NCBI GenBank assembly: GCA_009103225.1
Contig: RHPI01001559.1
Location: forward strand, 128,274 to 192,273
Reading direction: 5' to 3'
DNA length: 64,000 nt
Source of the DNA: Chlorokybus atmophyticus
Lineage: Eukaryota; Plantae; Mesostigma and Chlorokybus algae
The translations under genes and the position numbers were made by a program. Below, in pieces: positions 58,940 through 64,000 of this stretch. Below the pieces are notes generated by a model that was not told the DNA's origin, did no database searches, and was given only the letters and a program-made list of their open reading frames with translations. The first letter of the stretch is position 1. Each line of letters opens with the position of its first letter.

Positions 58940-60707
58940 ACTAGCATTTGGCGTGTTGTGTGCACTGTGCCCATGTTGTTGCAGGGCGTGCATGTATGCT
59001 GTGGTGGGTATTTATGGTGGTATATAGTACTGATATCCGGAGTGCATGTGCACTGTGCTGGCGTGTTGCCCAGCGTGCAAGTGCACTGTGCTGGTACAGC
59101 ACTGCTGGATGAGCCCGAGGAAGCATGTTGTGGGATGGGTTGGTGTGCACTGTATCAGCGTGCTTTCCAGTGTAGAAAATATGCAATGCTGTGCATGTGA
59201 CTCACCATTGCACGGCCTATGTGACATACACAAGCACCAGCACAATCAACATGGCAACACCCCACAACATCTTTATCACCACCGGGCTACCTATACAAAC
59301 CTAGCTACCTAGCTGCCTATCTTCACTACAGCCCGTACCCCGTTAGCTCTGCATGCAGGCAGACTTAATTACCTGTCACACCGCCAGCAGTATCAGCCTT
59401 GCACCCACGGATGCCCACAATCACCACGACCAGCAGACCCAACTCCCCCCGCCACCGCTCTCCCACACCGCCGCCACCACCAGTACTGCTGCTGCGGCTG
59501 CCGGCTGCATGCTTAGGGTTTCGTCAGTCGTACCACTCACACGCACGGTGGCATGCACGGCTGATACTCCCTGAGTGGATGCGCTCATGTGTGTCTGACT
59601 GGTAGTGGTCACGTGCACTTCACCTAGATGACAGTGTGCAAATGCATTTACTGGCTGCCTCAGGGATGTGCATATTGTATAGTCCGGCGTGCAGATGCAT
59701 GTGCCGGCATTGGTTCAGTGACTGAGTACACCATTGCTGCACAGCCTGTTTGCTGTTGCGTGTGTTAATGTGTGTGGCGAGCGGGTGCACTGTGCCATAC
59801 GTTAAGCGTCGTGTTGGGGGGTCCCGTCAGTCAGTTGCACTGACGGGATTGTGTTTGGGGGGACGACCAGTCTTACCGACGGTCAGCCCTACCGGCGGCG
59901 ACGTGGCCGCCGGTACCCGTGGGCAAGACGTCGTGCTCGTCATCCTGCCTGTTTGAATGGTTTCAGTACCACCTACCCTTGTTTTGCCTGCAACTTGTCA
60001 TCGCTTTTTCCAGTATCACCACATTATTGAAGCGCTATGTCCATCGAGTCAGGGGGGAAGGGGTGCCGATCTCCGTTCAAATGAGTACGTTAGGGCTAAT
60101 GCTGTCATCATTAAACTCCAATTTCAAAGCATAGCCTAGTCCATCATATCAGGCGGAAGTATTGTGTTTCTAAGAGTGAAAGACTGAACATCAGCAGTGC
60201 CGACACCTGATGGCCTCGATTGCGCTTCACTGGCGTTGAGGGGAGAGGGGTTCCAATTGTTGTGTTGTCTACACCAGTTGTCGGCCTTGCAGATCCAATG
60301 CTGCACCTATAACAACAAACCGGCTTTGCGAACAAGTTTCAGTGGTGGATTTCTGCCTGACCGCATCCGATGTGTATAGGATATGTGAAGTGCTGTTCGT
60401 GCTAAAAGTCACATTTATGACTATACTGCGCGCAGCATTGCGCCATGCAATGTCCACACGACACAGTCCTTGACCTGACACTTGTTGAAACAAGTAATTG
60501 CAATTGCCGTAATGTGCATGATTCTTTGCAAACATCATGCTGCCAATGTCACAGCTGCACACTGATGCCAGTGGTCCCATCATCTCAGAATCAGTGCGAC
60601 CCTGGCATGTTGTCTAATGCAAATGGGCAATCTACCGACGAAACTTCAATAATGTTGACTGTCCTGGCATCATAACCAAGGCAGGTCATGGCAGTCTATG
60701 TATGCAG

Positions 60708-63700
60708 CTAATCGGTCACCCTAGAATCTCTTCTTAAGCTCTGCCTGATTCCTTTGAATATCAGACCCAACGAGCGGCCAATCAGACTAACTAGCAAAAA
60801 TGATGCGGCGTTGCTGGCTTTGGCAAATAGGCTGCGCGCGAGTGGCCAGAGTATGTCCGCGGCCTCCAAACTGATGCTCACAAGCAGTTTCCTGAGCGAC
60901 AACGACCTCATAAGTATACCCCAACCAATTGCCGTGCCATATGGATAAGACATACACGAGAGCACACGTACCAGCCTGTGAATGCTTGAAGCTCTTCAAT
61001 GCGCCGGACTGGAAGATACCGCTGGATGAGCTGCAGGGTGGTGGGAGGCTCCTCCGTTATATCAGTTGGGGTTCCGACCTGCAGAGTCCACAGCTCGTGC
61101 CGGTCTTCGCAGATGGCCACAACGGATGTAAAGTTGTCTTGCACCCAGTTGCGAAGCGCAACCTGCACATCAGGTGCCTGATTACACCTCTGTGTTGGAC
61201 TTGCAAAGTGAACATGCAAGCAACGTTGTACACATAAGCTGCTGAAAACACAGACGCATGTCTGTGAAGTGACGTGTGCTCACATGCTGTACTGTATAGA
61301 GCACAATAATCATAAGTACTTGACTGATGCGCCTTGTATCATGTTGCTGTGACTGTGCTGAGAGCCAGGTCATCAGTCAGTTCATTACCTGGTTGCGGAA
61401 CCTCTCGATGGCGCGTGTGGAGGTGAGAGACGGGTGCGCTAGTGTGGGCAACTCAACGGAGTCACCAAGCACGCCGAGAGCGAGCTGGCCGAGGTAGGCC
61501 GCTGCAGCATTGTTGGCAACATAGATAACAAGATCCTCAAGTACCGCGGACGCAAACAGCAGCGAGCTTGTTGTCAACTGCCCACCCGGCCTGCCACACG
61601 CACACATAAGCACACACGCACATGCGCAGCGCACAATGATTGGCCACGCAACATACTACAGCACAGCGCGACACTCATCAAGGCCTGACTACGTTTCAAG
61701 AGAGACGGTTACCTTGCTTTGTCGAACTTCAGGAAATAGAGCAGGTCCGCGTACAACACGGCGCGGTCTGATTGCAAAAGCGGCTCAGCGGCTGAGAGGG
61801 ACTGCAGGGCGGTGACCGATTGCCGCAACAGTGCGAGGGACGTGTTCTGCGGCGATGATGTTGGTGGCTCCGTCTGAATCGCATCTGCAGTCCCTGCAGC
61901 AGAAGAGACATCTCCCTCTACTGGGACGACGTCCGCAAACTCGTACTCCAGCCATGTCTCGGTCGTATCTATCGCACACTTCGTAAACAGATCTGTCACC
62001 ACATCTATCCATGCTGTGTCCGCCTGACTAGTGTCCAATGCCGTCACCTAGGGAACATAGCAGCTTAACTCAGTAACAATATGAGAGGGAATAGTTTGTG
62101 TTGAACACAGCAGCTACCCAACTCTTGCATGCATGCACTGGGTGTTTATGCAGGTTGCACATGCATGCACTCTCATAGGCATGTAGCTCAAGCCTGCATG
62201 CTGCAAGCTTGGTAGGTTTGCAGCTCATGCATACATGCACGCATGCAAGCCGCTATACATGCACCCACCACAATTACCATCACGCATGCTTCTATGCGTG
62301 CGTGCATGTTGGTAATGATGCAACTTACAGCGGCCCGTACGCGCTCGTAGGATGTGGCGAGCAGCCGTTGGCGCGGCCACTCGGACAAGCCCTGCAGCGA
62401 AAGCTTTGGTGCGGCAGGGATGGCCGGCTCGGAAGTCTCGTCCTCCTCAAAACTGGACAGCAGCGGGGGCAGAGAGTTCGCCTCCGCGCCCTCTACCCTC
62501 TGCAGCTTCGCCGCGACGCTTTCCCACGCCTGCGCCGCAGTCGCAACCACGCGCTTACGCGGCCTAGTAGCGGCTGCGCCAATCAACCTGCTCGGACTGC
62601 AAGTAGCAAGAAGGTCAGCGCACCATTCTTACTGATGCTTTGAGAACACTTGTGTGTGTTTGATGCTAATATATACATGGCTACTCGTATGTGCAAAGGA
62701 TGCATGTGTGCATGTGTGCATATGCATGTGTACACTGCGCCTGACATACGCTTGCATTAGTTCATACTGACCGTTGGCATGCACATGTGTAATACAACCC
62801 CTTGCTGACTGAACATGTACAAGTGGACATGCGCGTGTATACACACGCGCCTGTTCACATGCGCGTGAACACATCTTTGCAAGCGTGCATGTGTATGTGT
62901 GTGCGTAACTGAGCGTGTGCATGCCTGTGTCTTTGTACGCGAAGTGATGCCCGTGTATACATTCACATATAGTGAGATGCACCACGATCAGTGACACCCA
63001 ATATTCAGCAAACGCACCTGCCTCTGCGTTGTTGTGCCGCGGCGCCTATGTCGGGCCGGACCTGGCCAACGGCGGACTGCACGCGGCGGCGGGCAGCGCG
63101 CTTCTCGCTTGCAGCAATCTGTTCCTTCACCTCCTTCCGACCGCTCACCGACCCGCTCGCGTACGCGGTGAGCGCCGCCGCAGCCGCAAGCGCAGCCTGT
63201 ATCGGTGTCAAGCTCCAGCTGCCGGACGCCAAGTTCTCCCTCAGCGCCTGGTTGGATTGTCGTTGGTGTTGGTGTTGTTGATGTGCAGTTGACAATGCAA
63301 GGATTTTGTTGCAGGAAAATTGGTATCGACCATGCATGTCGTGCGAGAGTGCATTGGGGTGAGAGCGTGCACCTTCAACCATCACGTGTGGTGAATTAGA
63401 AGTGTTGGTTCATGAGGTTTTTACTTGCTAAACACAATGCTGCCTGTCATGAATTACTGGCTGTTAGCACAGTTCAAGACTAACACCTGAATAACAGAGT
63501 GCAGATCAACAAAAGACAAGAACAACATGGGCGCGCATGGCATTGTGGTAATGCATCACCAGAGGACGCGACAGAGTGCAAAATCCAATACTACTGGTAT
63601 GTCCTGACATTAAGTTGAAATTATGGAATGCCCCACACATGCTAACCAGAGCATACCTTGCAACGGCCTACACTGCGCTACCAAGGCCAGTTGGATGTCA

Positions 63701-64000
63701 AACAGCTTGTCGCTAAAGCACACGTCAAATTTTGCTGCTGAATGCAAGCCAATACAGCCAATATTCGTGAGACATGCATTGGTTGACTTGACCTCGCAGG
63801 TTCTTGCACTTACTTCAAGTGCGCCAGCCAAGGCGTCGCCTGCAGCGCTGCATTGCGCTGCGCCACCACGCAGAGGATAGCTGCCTGATCCTCCCTCATG
63901 TCGTCGCCGCCGCCGGCCTCCTTCACCTACTCGTCGCCGGCCACCTCCTTCTTGCGGCTGCTGCTGCAGCCAGCGCTCCTTGCGCTGTGCCTCGCGCAGC
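60708..64000 (-). CDS. DUF3685 (Ycf55-related) plastid-type protein, 5' end beyond the window
   Basis: 'STRAIERFRNQ'; 'NWVQDNFTSVVAICEDR'; 'LPVRRIEELQAFTGW'; 'LEAADILWP...FLLVSLIGRSLGLIFKGIRQSL'; stop TAG at 60710-60708; open transit-like exon at 63783-64000. Confidence 0.8.

Overview
Eukaryotic, intron-rich green-lineage nuclear DNA. GC-rich exons, short GT-AG introns, plastid transit-like N-termini, GH9 cellulases, teloboxes and a flagellar-type protein suggest a flagellate green alga, possibly an early-diverging streptophyte (inference). About 13 spliced genes were reconstructed by eye: U2AF65-like, OSCA/ERD4 channel, unknown plastid/thylakoid protein, UDP-glucuronate 4-epimerase-like, UhpC/GlpT-like MFS transporter, cNMP-domain K+ channel, two inverted GH9 endoglucanases flanking a Bet1-like SNARE, an EF-hand flagellar-type protein, plastid glutamyl endopeptidase (S9D), DUF1764 protein and a 5'-partial DUF3685 protein. 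There is also one tRNA-Glu(TTC). The gene-free blocks hold a decayed Penelope-like retroelement with permuted domain order (GIY-YIG, CxC, RT) interrupted by a 513-bp TRIM, a pogo/Tigger-type MITE, several tandem duplications and unidentified decayed ORFs. The strongest oddities are the nested PLE/TRIM, one 100-nt intron 99% identical between the otherwise diverged GH9 paralogs, a U2AF65 lacking RRM2, a K+ channel with an N-terminal IQ motif, and a head-to-head gene pair with start codons only 44-68 bp apart. Long poly-C/poly-G runs containing N are treated as assembly-gap artefacts. All family assignments come from recognised motifs, not database searches, and exon boundaries are manual.
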